Shown here: positions 30,537 to 40,011 of the stretch, piece by piece
Layout: each line of letters starts with the position of its first letter
Position numbering within the stretch: position 1 is the stretch's first letter
DNA from: Ignavibacteria bacterium
Lineage (GTDB): Bacteria > Bacteroidota > Ignavibacteria > Ignavibacteriales > SURF-24
Direction of reading: 5' to 3'
NCBI GenBank assembly: GCA_025612375.1
Contig: JAAXKN010000003.1
Coordinates: 183,245-247,244 of the forward strand
Length of the DNA stretch: 64,000 nt
Notes under the pieces: model-generated
What the model was told of the DNA's origin: nothing
Seen by the model: the letters and a program-made list of their open reading frames with translations, nothing else
Databases searched by the model: none
Position numbers and translations under genes: made by a program

Positions 30537-31022
30537 ATGCTGAATAAAAAAAACGATACGTCGGTTAAGAATACTGATGTTAAAAAATCGACCGCAAACA
30601 TATTTCTAAATGTAGTTATATTCCTTTTAGGCGCTATTATTCTCTATATGGCCTATGCCATTGCTGCAAAGCTGATGCATTCAGACACTCCGGCCGAAGC
30701 TGCTTCTAAGGCACAAAGCCCTTCGGTAATAATTCAGGCCGAGGTACTTAACGGCTGCGGTATTGGAGGTGTGGCCGACAGGTTCACGGATTTCCTCAGG
30801 AACAACAAGGTTGACGTGGTAAACGTGAGCAATTACAGCTCTTTTGATATGGATAAGACGCTCGTAATAGACAGGACAGGCAATATGGCTAACGCCAAAA
30901 AAGTTGCCGAACTCTTGGGCATTAAGGAAGAAAACGTTATTCAGCAGATAAACAACGAGTATTTTGTGGATGTATCCATTGTCATTGGAAGAGACTATAA
31001 CCAATTAAAACCATTAAAGTGA
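30537..31022 (+). CDS. LytR_C (LytR cell-envelope-related C-terminal) domain membrane protein
   Basis: 161 aa with an N-terminal TM helix, then VLNGCGIGGVADRFTDFLRNNKVDVVNVSNYSSFDMDKTLVIDRTG, typical of LytR_C domains. Confidence 0.65.
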   Translation: MLNKKNDTSVKNTDVKKSTANIFLNVVIFLLGAIILYMAYAIAAKLMHSDTPAEAASKAQSPSVIIQAEVLNGCGIGGVADRFTDFLRNNKVDVVNVSNYSSFDMDKTLVIDRTGNMANAKKVAELLGIKEENVIQQINNEYFVDVSIVIGRDYNQLKPLK

Positions 31023-31034
31023 GGGACAAACTAT

Positions 31035-31385
31035 TTGGAAGCTAAAGATTTCGCATACAAAATAACTGATCTGATTTTCAACAAAAAAGGGTATGACGTG
31101 AGGATTCTGGACCTCCGGAACCTATCCTCAATTGCTGATTATTTTGTCATCTGCTCGGCAGATTCTGATTCACAGGTTAAAGCTATAGCCGATGAAATTG
31201 ACAAGGAATTAAGCAAGCAGGGAATTAAATGCCTGCATAAAGAAGGGCTTACAGCCCTTAACTGGGTACTGCTCGACTACTTTGACGTGATCGTGCACGT
31301 ATTCAAAAATGAATCAAGAAGATATTATAATCTTGAAAAACTGTGGGGGGATGCCCCTGCACTTCTAGTTGAAGACAAGGCTTAA
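31035..31385 (+). CDS. rsfS: Ribosome silencing factor RsfS
   Basis: 116 aa with a TTG start and KGYDVRILDLRNLSSIADYFVICSADSDSQVKAIADEI...DYFDVIVHVF, typical of RsfS/iojap. Confidence 0.85.
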   Translation: MEAKDFAYKITDLIFNKKGYDVRILDLRNLSSIADYFVICSADSDSQVKAIADEIDKELSKQGIKCLHKEGLTALNWVLLDYFDVIVHVFKNESRRYYNLEKLWGDAPALLVEDKA

Positions 31386-31457
31386 TTTGGGAGACCTTAA
31401 GCCTTGTTTTCTGTTTTTTACACATCTTTCTTATCTGCTTAACATGGGAGATATTAA

Positions 31458-33086
31458 TTGAAAAAATACCTTATTGAAGCCTTCAGGCTCACCTCTGAAA
31501 AACTAGATTACTTAAAAGATACAGACCTTATTTTAACCGTTCCGGCTTTAGCCAAGCACGGGGATTTCTCAACCAACATTGCAATGCTTCTGACAAAGAA
31601 GCTGAAGAAAAACCCCAGGGAAATTGCAGGAGAAATTATAAACAGCCTTGTCTACGACAATAAAGTCATTGAAAAAATTGAGATTGCGGGACCCGGGTTT
31701 ATTAACTTTTATTTTTCGGCTGAATACGTCACAAAGATCGTGAAGGAAGTTGTTGAAAAAAAAGATGACTTCGGGCGCTCAGAGAAGTACAAGGGGAAAA
31801 AAGCCATGGTGGAATTTGTTTCCGCCAACCCTACGGGGCCTCTTACAGTAGGCCACGGCAGAAATGCAGTCTACGGCGACACGGTTGCAAATATGCTTGA
31901 ATGGGTGGGCTATAATGTGGACCGTGAATATTACTTTAACAATGCCGGGCGCCAGATGAGGGTGCTGGGTGAATCCGTAAAGTACCGCTACATGGAGCTG
32001 ACAGGAGAAAAAGTGGAATTCCCTGAGGACCATTACCAGGGCGAATACATAAAAGATATTGCAAAAGGGCTCTTTGAAGAGCACGGGGACAAGCTTAAAA
32101 ATGAACCGGGTGACGGATTGTTCCGCCAGACCGCCGAGCGCGAGATATTTAAGGATATTGAAAACACGCTTTCGAGGCTGAACATAAAATTCCAGAACTA
32201 CTTCAACGAAAACAGCCTTTATGAAAGCGGAAAGATCAAAGAGCTCTTAAAAATATTTAATGAAAGAAACCTTTCCTATGAAAAAGAAGGAGCTACCTGG
32301 CTGAAGCTTACAGAGCTTGGAAACGAAATGGATAAGGTAATTGTAAAGTCCACGGGCGAGCCCACATACCGCCTGCCCGACATTGCATATCATACGACCA
32401 AGTTTGACCGCGGCTACGACCTGATGATAGACATATTCGGAAGCGACCACAACGCCACATATCCTGACGTTATGGCGAGCCTGAGAGCCCTGGGTTATGA
32501 TACCAATAAAGTTAAAGTGCTCATTCATCAGTTTGTGACCATTATGCAGAAAGGTGAAGTAGTAAAGATGTCTACTCGAAAGGCCAACTTTATAACGCTC
32601 GATGAGCTTATTGATGAAGTGGGTGCCGACGTCGTAAGATACTTCTTCAATATGAGGGGCATTTCAAGCCACTTGAACTTTGACCTGGAACTGGCAAAGA
32701 CACAGTCGGATGAGAACCCGGTTTTCTATCTCCAGTACGCTCATGCCAGGATATCCTCAATTTTCAGGATGACAAAGGGGGAAGACCTCCACTCATCGGT
32801 GGAAAACCTGAACCTCCTTACAACTGAAGAAGAGCAGAACCTGCTTAAGAAACTGCACCAGTTCAGCGAAGAGATGCTCTACAGCGCAGAGAATTTTGAG
32901 TCGCACAGGATTGCAGCTTACCTTGAAGAACTGGCTGCCCTCTTTCACAGGTTTTACACTCAGTGCAGGATAATAGGCTCGGAGAAGAAGCTGGCGGAGG
33001 CAAGAATTGCTCTTTGCGTTGCTGCACAGACCGTCATTAGAAACGGACTTAAAGTCCTAGGCGTCTCCGCCCCGGATAAGATGTAG
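31458..33086 (+). CDS. argS: Arginine--tRNA ligase
   Basis: 542 aa with a TTG start, the class I HIGH-like motif SANPTGPLTVGHGRN, the KMSKS-like motif MSTRK, and a DALR anticodon-binding C-terminus. Confidence 0.95.
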   Translation: MKKYLIEAFRLTSEKLDYLKDTDLILTVPALAKHGDFSTNIAMLLTKKLKKNPREIAGEIINSLVYDNKVIEKIEIAGPGFINFYFSAEYVTKIVKEVVEKKDDFGRSEKYKGKKAMVEFVSANPTGPLTVGHGRNAVYGDTVANMLEWVGYNVDREYYFNNAGRQMRVLGESVKYRYMELTGEKVEFPEDHYQGEYIKDIAKGLFEEHGDKLKNEPGDGLFRQTAEREIFKDIENTLSRLNIKFQNYFNENSLYESGKIKELLKIFNERNLSYEKEGATWLKLTELGNEMDKVIVKSTGEPTYRLPDIAYHTTKFDRGYDLMIDIFGSDHNATYPDVMASLRALGYDTNKVKVLIHQFVTIMQKGEVVKMSTRKANFITLDELIDEVGADVVRYFFNMRGISSHLNFDLELAKTQSDENPVFYLQYAHARISSIFRMTKGEDLHSSVENLNLLTTEEEQNLLKKLHQFSEEMLYSAENFESHRIAAYLEELAALFHRFYTQCRIIGSEKKLAEARIALCVAAQTVIRNGLKVLGVSAPDKM

Positions 33087-33107
33087 TTAAAACATTTTTT
33101 CAATTTT

Positions 33108-33149
33108 AAGGGCTGCTCTCACTATGCTGAGGCAGCCTTTTTCTTTTTA
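33108..33149 (+). terminator. Intrinsic terminator after argS
   Basis: Stem ggctgc(t)ctc (33111-33120) / gaggcagcc (33129-33137), followed by TTTTTCTTTTT. It starts 22 nt after the argS stop. Confidence 0.6.
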
Positions 33150-33180
33150 TTGGTAGTTTACGGCCATATAAGTATATTTG
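33150..33180 (+). promoter_or_regulatory. Candidate Bacteroidetes-type promoter (TTG -N20- TATATTTG)
   Basis: TATATTTG (33173-33180) matches TAnnTTTG. A TTG at 33150-33152 lies 20 nt upstream. The site is 41 nt before the start at 33221. Confidence 0.35.
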
Positions 33181-33220
33181 CCACATTTAATAGAGTCTTT
33201 GTTGAAATTATGCGGGTTAA

Positions 33221-36184
33221 GTGATGCAACGGGCAAATAAATTTTTACTACTTTTATTATTCTATTCAGTCTTTTCTTTTAATCTTCAGGCACAGAATTT
33301 TCCGGCCGGATTTAATTTCAATATGCCCTCAAACGATACCTCCTCCGGAGCTTTCCTGCCCTCGTTTCCGGCAAAGCCAATTTCAGGGCAGGACTTTGTA
33401 AGCATAAACTCTGAGGGCAATTTCTCTGTAAATGGAACACCTATCCGTTTCTGGGGCACCAACCTGGCAGGCAATGCCCCGTTTCCTGATAAGGATAAGG
33501 CGTATTATATCGCAGGCAGAATGAGAAAGCTGGGAATTAACCTGGTCCGCATCCATCAGATAGACGCCCCAACTAATCTCAGGAGCATTTTTTACGGAAT
33601 GCCTTCGAGCAGGCAGCTCAATCTGCGGAATATTGACTATATGGATAAGCTCATCTCGGAGCTGAAGAAAAACGGCATATACGTAAACATGAACTTAAAT
33701 GTAGTAAGGAAATTCATGAATACCGACGGCATTGTGGATGCCGATTCACTGCAGCATTTTGCCAAAGGCTTTACCATCTTCGCCCCAGAGATTGTTGCGC
33801 TCGAAAAGGAATATGCCATGGAGCTCCTCACGCACATAAATCCTTATACGGGGCTTTCACTTGCAGAAGATCCTGTAATGGCGATGGTGGAGCTGATAAA
33901 CGAGAATTCACTTTATACCATGTGGCGTCAAAATGAGCTTAAACCCTTTGCCCAGGGGGGCATCCTGCCTGTGAGTTATAACAAAATGCTTGATACCATG
34001 TATTGCAGTTTCCTGCTTAAGAAGTACGGGTCAACTGAAAACCTTCAGGCCGCCTGGAGTAACGGCACATCTCAGGCTGACACGGGTAATCTGATAATTA
34101 ACGGGGACTTTGAGAACTCATCAAATGCAAACTGGTATATGGAGCTTCATAGCGGCGCTCTTGCCACAATCGGCCGGGAAACCATAGATCCTTACGAGGG
34201 CAAAATGTCGGCTAAAATTACAGTAAGCACAGTAACGGGAACTGACTGGCACATACAGTTTGAACAGACCGGGTTCAGCCTGAAGAAAGATTCTGTCTAC
34301 GTCGTGGAATTTATGGCCAGGGCCGACAGCATGAGGCTGATAGGTGCAACTGTAATGAGGAACAACAGTCCCTATAACGGCTACGGCTCAAAAGATTTCA
34401 GGCTTTCCACCAAGTGGCAGCAGTATTCATTTTCTATCAGGGCTACCGAGGATAACGCCGCACAAAGCCGTCTTTCAATAAATTTTAAGAACAATAAAGG
34501 ATTCTTCTACTTCGATAACATTAAGGTAATCCCGACAAAGCCCAAGGGTCTTCTCGCCGGTGAAACGCTTGAGAATAAGACGGTAAGAAGGATTGACTAC
34601 AACGATGCCTATGGATATTCCGCCAAGCGAGTTAAAGACATGTCTGAGTTTTATATAAAGCTGCAGGACGATTTTTATTCCGGAATGAGAAGTTACCTGA
34701 AGGATCAGCTGAAGGTAAGAGTCCCTATAATTGGAACGAACTCCAATTCGGGGCCGGGAGACCTGATAAGCCAGGCGAAGTATGATTACATGGATAACCA
34801 TGCCTACTGGCAGCATCCTGTTTTTCCAGGAGTAGCCTGGTCGCAGACAGACTGGTACGTTGACAATACTCCGATGGTAAAGGCTTTAGACGGCGGGACA
34901 ATGACGCAGCTTTTCGGGGGCATTGAAATGCTCGGCAAGCCGTATACCGTCAGCGAATATTCACATCCCTTCCCTAACATTTATCAGACGGAGATGATGC
35001 TTTTTACAAGCGCATACCTTTCTTTTCATAATGCAGACGCCATAGAGTTTTTTGATTATAACGCCTCACTCGACTTTGACAGCGATTTTATTGCCAAGCA
35101 TTTTGACAATTCCAGGAACCCGGCGCTTATGTCGCTTTATCCCTCGTGCGCTCTTGCATTCAGGAACAGCTATATATCAAAGGCCCGTGAAACAATAAAG
35201 ATAAACTACAGTCCCGATTTTGTATACTCCATTCCTGCAGGCAGCAAGGCAGCTCCCTGGGGAATCAGTTTTTATCCGACGGAGCTGTCGTTTATACACA
35301 GCATAAGGAACGAATCTTTCAGCAGCCAGGCAGCAACAGATTTCTCAACACTTCCGGCTGCTCCTCAGAGCCCGTACAGGACCGATACGGATGAGATATT
35401 ATTCGATCCGCAAAAAGGGATACTTACAGTTAGTGCGCCCAAATTCATCGGCGCCACAGGCTTCCTAAATTCCAATGCAGGAGTAAAAGCAGGGCTGATG
35501 GAAATAACTTCTGCTGACGGCTTCGGCACAATAACCTGGGTTTCTCTTACGGGAGACTCACTGGCAGGGGCAAAAAAGTCACTTATAACCCTATCCTCAA
35601 AAGCACAGAATATGGGAATGATCTGGGACGGGACGACAACAGTGCATAATGACTGGGGGCATGCACCAACAATGATCTGTCCTCTCAGCTTAAGCCTCAG
35701 GCTTAATATCAATGCTGATTCGCTAAGGGTCACCGCACTGGATGTATACGGCAACCCTGTAAAATCTCTCTCCGGGGTTTACTATCCCAAAACCCCCGGC
35801 ATTTTTGATATTGTACTGGATCAAAACACCGGAAAGTCGCCATGGTTTGGCTTTGAGATGTACAAAAATGGGGCTACGTCTGTAAGCCCCGGGGCACAAG
35901 GTATCCAAAGCTATAAACTAGAACAGAATTATCCCAATCCATTTAACGGGATTACCGCGGCAAAGTATTATGTGCCCTTTGAATCGCACATAAAGATTGA
36001 TGTTTTTGATGCACTGGGAAGAAGAGTAAAAAGTCTTATTGACCGGAATCAGCCACGTGGCGTATATACGATCAGGTGGGAAGGTAAAGATGACAACAAT
36101 GAAGATGTTTCAAGCGGCATCTATTTCATGAGCCTGAGGTCAGGGAGCTTTCTGGAGATAAAAAAACTAATAATGCTGAAGTAG
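33221..36184 (+). CDS. Secreted clan GH-A (GH5-like) glycoside hydrolase with an inserted carbohydrate-binding module and a T9SS type-A C-terminal sorting domain
   Basis: 987 aa with a signal peptide and TIM-barrel-like segments (IRFWGTNL, GINLVRIHQID, VELINENS, TVSEYSHP). A CBM4_9-like block runs from NLIINGDFENSS... to ...FYFDNIKVIP. The C-terminus QNYPNPFNGIT...SGIYFMSL...KKLIMLK is a T9SS CTD. The start may be the ATG at 33224. Confidence 0.7.
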   Translation: MMQRANKFLLLLLFYSVFSFNLQAQNFPAGFNFNMPSNDTSSGAFLPSFPAKPISGQDFVSINSEGNFSVNGTPIRFWGTNLAGNAPFPDKDKAYYIAGRMRKLGINLVRIHQIDAPTNLRSIFYGMPSSRQLNLRNIDYMDKLISELKKNGIYVNMNLNVVRKFMNTDGIVDADSLQHFAKGFTIFAPEIVALEKEYAMELLTHINPYTGLSLAEDPVMAMVELINENSLYTMWRQNELKPFAQGGILPVSYNKMLDTMYCSFLLKKYGSTENLQAAWSNGTSQADTGNLIINGDFENSSNANWYMELHSGALATIGRETIDPYEGKMSAKITVSTVTGTDWHIQFEQTGFSLKKDSVYVVEFMARADSMRLIGATVMRNNSPYNGYGSKDFRLSTKWQQYSFSIRATEDNAAQSRLSINFKNNKGFFYFDNIKVIPTKPKGLLAGETLENKTVRRIDYNDAYGYSAKRVKDMSEFYIKLQDDFYSGMRSYLKDQLKVRVPIIGTNSNSGPGDLISQAKYDYMDNHAYWQHPVFPGVAWSQTDWYVDNTPMVKALDGGTMTQLFGGIEMLGKPYTVSEYSHPFPNIYQTEMMLFTSAYLSFHNADAIEFFDYNASLDFDSDFIAKHFDNSRNPALMSLYPSCALAFRNSYISKARETIKINYSPDFVYSIPAGSKAAPWGISFYPTELSFIHSIRNESFSSQAATDFSTLPAAPQSPYRTDTDEILFDPQKGILTVSAPKFIGATGFLNSNAGVKAGLMEITSADGFGTITWVSLTGDSLAGAKKSLITLSSKAQNMGMIWDGTTTVHNDWGHAPTMICPLSLSLRLNINADSLRVTALDVYGNPVKSLSGVYYPKTPGIFDIVLDQNTGKSPWFGFEMYKNGATSVSPGAQGIQSYKLEQNYPNPFNGITAAKYYVPFESHIKIDVFDALGRRVKSLIDRNQPRGVYTIRWEGKDDNNEDVSSGIYFMSLRSGSFLEIKKLIMLK

Positions 36185-36263
36185 TCTATATAAGTGCAGA
36201 ACGAGGCAACAGCCCAGTAAAGCGGGGATATGAGTTTAAGACCATATTGAGGAAAGCAATAGC

Positions 36264-36956
36264 CTACAAGGCCAGCGCCGCCGAAGCGGCATAGACTTTC
36301 AGAGCCCCGCCGTTTAAGAGCACGCGTCCGCACTCTGAGACGGTTGAGCCGGAGGTAATGACGTCATCAAGGATAATAACAGTTTTTCCTGAAAGGCTTA
36401 CTCCCCTTTTCAGACTGAAGGCCCCTTTTATATTATCCCGTCTTTCAGTCATGCTCAGTGCCGTCTGGGTTTCAGTAAACCTTACGCGTTTTAAGGCCTT
36501 GCTGTTCAGCGGGATGCCCGTAATGAGGCTTAAGCCTTTGGCAATATAATACGACTGGTTAAATCCCCTTTCGGCCTTCTTTACGGGATGAAGCGGAACG
36601 GGAATAATCATGTCACACTTCCAGGAAAGGATCTTCTCCTTTAATTTTTCGCCCGTAAGGCGCCCAAGAAAAAAGGCATTACGGTATCTTCCCCGGTACT
36701 TAATTGAATGGATCAGTTTCTGAAAGGCTTTTTCCTCTTCAAAAAGGAATGCTGATGTAAATTCAGAAATGACATTTTCCCTCTCAAATTTCCTTCTGAA
36801 TTCTGCGGCAATTTTATTATTGCCGGGACTTTTAATGGAACTGAGGCATTCAGGACAAATTACTTCGTCGGAAGGCCCCAGTTTCTTTTCACATGCAGCA
36901 CAAAGCCTCGGCAGAAAAATGTCAAAGACAGAATTAAAACTGCTCTTCACAATCAT
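36264..36956 (-). CDS. comF: ComF family phosphoribosyltransferase-domain protein
   Basis: 230 aa with an N-terminal Cys4 finger (CAAC...CPEC) and the PRTase motif VIILDDVITSGST. Confidence 0.75.
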   Translation of the reverse strand: MIVKSSFNSVFDIFLPRLCAACEKKLGPSDEVICPECLSSIKSPGNNKIAAEFRRKFERENVISEFTSAFLFEEEKAFQKLIHSIKYRGRYRNAFFLGRLTGEKLKEKILSWKCDMIIPVPLHPVKKAERGFNQSYYIAKGLSLITGIPLNSKALKRVRFTETQTALSMTERRDNIKGAFSLKRGVSLSGKTVIILDDVITSGSTVSECGRVLLNGGALKVYAASAALAL

Positions 36957-36979
36957 TTATTTAGCCGGTGTCTGTTTCT

Positions 36980-39130
36980 TTATAGCATGCCTGAGCGTTT
37001 CCTTAGGAACCACTCCGTGGCAAAGAAGAGTATAATACCAATAAGCATCCACTTACTAGACCAGAGTATGATCTCGCTATTGGAGACTTTTTCCTTAACC
37101 TTGCTTTTGCTGATTTCATTTAACGTATTAAAGAGCTGGTCGTAGTTCCTGGCGTAGAAGAACTTTCCCCCCGTCTGGCGGGAGAGGAGCTGAAGCATGT
37201 CCTTATCCATGCCGGGATTTATCATTTCGACTTCAACGTCTCCGATCGAGAATCGTCCGCCGTCTTTTCCAAGCTGGCGCCCTGACTGCTGAGCCGTGCC
37301 GGAGAAGGTATAATCGCCCGGTTCATTTGTTTCAAGCTTCCCTTCATACAAGCCTCCTCCAAGGGCATTCAGGCTGAGGACGGACTCGTTCTTGTCGCTT
37401 TTTACGCTCACCTTAACCTCGGCGTCGTCAATTGGGTTCAGTGTCTCGTTATAGACCTGTGCCGTAAATTCAACGGGTTCGCCAAGAGAGTAAATTTTCT
37501 TTGTGGGTTTAATTGAAACCAGTTTCTGCTCCTCACGCGTGTTAAGCCATTTTGAACCGCTTAAGATCAGGCGGTCAAAAACGTCGAGTCTCTTTTCTGA
37601 AGTCTCCAGCTTCCATCTCCAGATATTCTTTGCCAGTATGGCAACCGACTTCTTATTGCCAAGTTTTCTTGTAATAATAAGAGGGTTGTTTAACGGCACA
37701 TTGTTAACTCTTATTCTTGCAAGCACGTTGCTCTCGGGCTTTGCAATGAGCTCGGTATTGCTTCTTGAAACAGGAGGCAGATTGTTCCATGTATCAATAG
37801 TATTTGAGGCATTGTTCTGAAGAAGAGGGTTCTGCATTTCAGTGGCTGTAATAAGCGGCTGTACCTCTGTGTAGCCCGGAGCAATCCTGCCGATTGTAAA
37901 GGGCAGTTCGGGCTGAAGGACCTTAAGCCTGTTATAATCCATGCCTTCAGAAAGCACGATGCAGTAAGGTTTACCCTTGTCCCTTATCTCCTGAAGGACT
38001 TTACTAAGCAGCCTGTCCGGCGTCTGCTGAGAAGGAAAGCCGACCAGGAAAATAATGCCTGAGCTGTCTATAAGCTTCGTCTGGTTTACATTTTCCAGGA
38101 ATTTGTTCGGCCCTGCCTGTGTAATTGTTGCAACCTTCAGGTTTTCATCTGCCAGGAGTGAATTCTTGACAAATGAAAGGTCGGGCGACGGGCTTCCTGC
38201 AATGATGAGCGTGTTTATTTTATTATTAAGTACGTTAAGATAAAAAGGCTTGTTATTATCGGCATATGTAAATTCCCCGTCAAGCTTTCCGACAGAAACA
38301 TTCATCTTCTTTTCACCGGGGGATTTGGGTGTGTAGGAAAAGTTTGCGCTTGTCATCCCGTTATCGCTAAGAGCTACACTTTGCTGTGCAATCTGCCTGT
38401 TATTTTCATAAAGCGTAAGAGGAACAGATCTCCCCTTAAAGCCCGCAGAGGCAATTGTAACGTTTATCGTTGTCGGGGTCTCTGCATATACATATTCATT
38501 AAAGAGCACTCTGCGTACATCTAGGTTATTCCTTTTTGAAGTGTCGCCTACTCCCACGGTAAATACCGGAATGCCGAGTTTTTCAGCCTGGAAAACAGGG
38601 TTGCTTCCGTCTGTAATGACGCCGTCGCTAATCAGGACAATTGAAGCAATATTCCTGTTTTCGGTTTTGATGCTGTTAAAAATCCTTGAGAAGTTTGTAG
38701 TGCTTTCAGAAAAGTTAATCCTCTTAAGGCTGTCCAGTGAAACCTTATTTACACCTGTTCCGAAAGAATAGACCTCGGCGCTGCTTTTAAGGGCGCCTGA
38801 AGATATCCTGGAAAGGAAGCCTTCAACACTTCCCATCCTGTTTGTGCCGTCATCAATCCTGATAGACTTTGAGTCATCCACAAAGATGAGGCTGACAGGC
38901 TCAATTTCCTTCCTTCTTGCAATGTTTAATATAGGTTCAAAAATTGTAAAAAGGACGAGCAGGAGCGCCAGCGTCCTGATTATAATCAGCACATACCTGA
39001 AGGCGCTGTTTACCTGAGGAACCGTATATCTGTAGGTGTAGTAGGTATAAGCCGCAATTAGAATTAACCCCAGATAAAAATAAACAGAACTAAAGGCGTA
39101 ATTTATGGTCAGTTTATCGATGCCAAACAT
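36980..39130 (-). CDS. Membrane protein with N-terminal double-TM anchor, vWA-like domain and C-terminal TM helix (BatA/aerotolerance-like architecture)
   Basis: 716 aa with two N-terminal TM helices, a MIDAS-like DxSxS motif (FVDDSKSI) and a C-terminal TM helix (WMLIGIILFFATEWF). Its ATG overlaps the phzF-like stop (TAATG). Confidence 0.5.
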   Translation of the reverse strand: MFGIDKLTINYAFSSVYFYLGLILIAAYTYYTYRYTVPQVNSAFRYVLIIIRTLALLLVLFTIFEPILNIARRKEIEPVSLIFVDDSKSIRIDDGTNRMGSVEGFLSRISSGALKSSAEVYSFGTGVNKVSLDSLKRINFSESTTNFSRIFNSIKTENRNIASIVLISDGVITDGSNPVFQAEKLGIPVFTVGVGDTSKRNNLDVRRVLFNEYVYAETPTTINVTIASAGFKGRSVPLTLYENNRQIAQQSVALSDNGMTSANFSYTPKSPGEKKMNVSVGKLDGEFTYADNNKPFYLNVLNNKINTLIIAGSPSPDLSFVKNSLLADENLKVATITQAGPNKFLENVNQTKLIDSSGIIFLVGFPSQQTPDRLLSKVLQEIRDKGKPYCIVLSEGMDYNRLKVLQPELPFTIGRIAPGYTEVQPLITATEMQNPLLQNNASNTIDTWNNLPPVSRSNTELIAKPESNVLARIRVNNVPLNNPLIITRKLGNKKSVAILAKNIWRWKLETSEKRLDVFDRLILSGSKWLNTREEQKLVSIKPTKKIYSLGEPVEFTAQVYNETLNPIDDAEVKVSVKSDKNESVLSLNALGGGLYEGKLETNEPGDYTFSGTAQQSGRQLGKDGGRFSIGDVEVEMINPGMDKDMLQLLSRQTGGKFFYARNYDQLFNTLNEISKSKVKEKVSNSEIILWSSKWMLIGIILFFATEWFLRKRSGML

Positions 39131-40011
39131 TAAAGAGTCATTTCCCCCTTAAGGACCGTAACGGCATTGCCGCCGATAAAAAGATCATTTGTTATTGGGG
39201 AATGGGAAACAATTATTCTTCCTGACCTACCGATAATATCCCCCTGCTCAAAAACCTTTGTAACGTCCGCCCCGTCATCGGGAATAAAACCCATTTTCTT
39301 CAATACAAGCATGAGCGGGCCGTTAGCAGAGCCCGTAACCGGGTCCTCATTTATTCCATGATATGGGGCAAAAAACCTCGAGTGAGCAAAGGATTCCTTA
39401 TCGTAGGTCTCCAGCGTATAAAGGCATATGTCCTTAAAGCTGCACTTTTTCTGCAAGTCGGCAATAAAGTCAAAGTTCGGCGTCATTTCCTTTAATGCCT
39501 TCAGGCTCTCGGAATAAACGTAAAGATAACCGTTCTGCAGGAGCTGGAAAGGGTACTTTGAGGGAACAGATTTCCTGTCAATTCCAAGGGCTTCAATAAC
39601 CTCTTCGCGGCAGTCGTCGAACTCCTCCATCTCCATTATCGGGATCTGCATATAATAAGCTTCATCCTTCACAGGGCAGTTTAATATGCCCGACATGGTT
39701 TCAAAGGTGATTCCGGGGCGGTTGTTAATTTTGCCCAGTTCATAGAGGTAGTGAAGCGAGGCAATAGTAGCGTGCCCGCAAAGCTCAATTTCCACCTTAG
39801 GCGTAAACCACTGAAGTTTGTAATCGGCCGCTTCCGAAGAAGTAATGAAAGCTGTTTCTGAGAGGTTCATCTCCCGTGCAATAAGCTGCATTTCCTCGCC
39901 GGATAACCCGGGGCCGAAGGTTACGGCTGCGGGGTTACCCTTAAACGGGGTTTCAGTAAATGCATCAATCTGGAATATGTTATAGGTTCGTTTCATAGAA
40001 AAGTTTTTCAA
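39130..40011 (-). CDS. PhzF family isomerase-like protein
   Basis: 293 aa with FQIDAFTETPFKGNPAAV, LSETAF and CGHATIA, typical of the PhzF/DAP-epimerase-like fold. An alternative start is at 39996 (MKRTYNIF). Confidence 0.8.
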   Translation of the reverse strand: MKNFSMKRTYNIFQIDAFTETPFKGNPAAVTFGPGLSGEEMQLIAREMNLSETAFITSSEAADYKLQWFTPKVEIELCGHATIASLHYLYELGKINNRPGITFETMSGILNCPVKDEAYYMQIPIMEMEEFDDCREEVIEALGIDRKSVPSKYPFQLLQNGYLYVYSESLKALKEMTPNFDFIADLQKKCSFKDICLYTLETYDKESFAHSRFFAPYHGINEDPVTGSANGPLMLVLKKMGFIPDDGADVTKVFEQGDIIGRSGRIIVSHSPITNDLFIGGNAVTVLKGEMTL

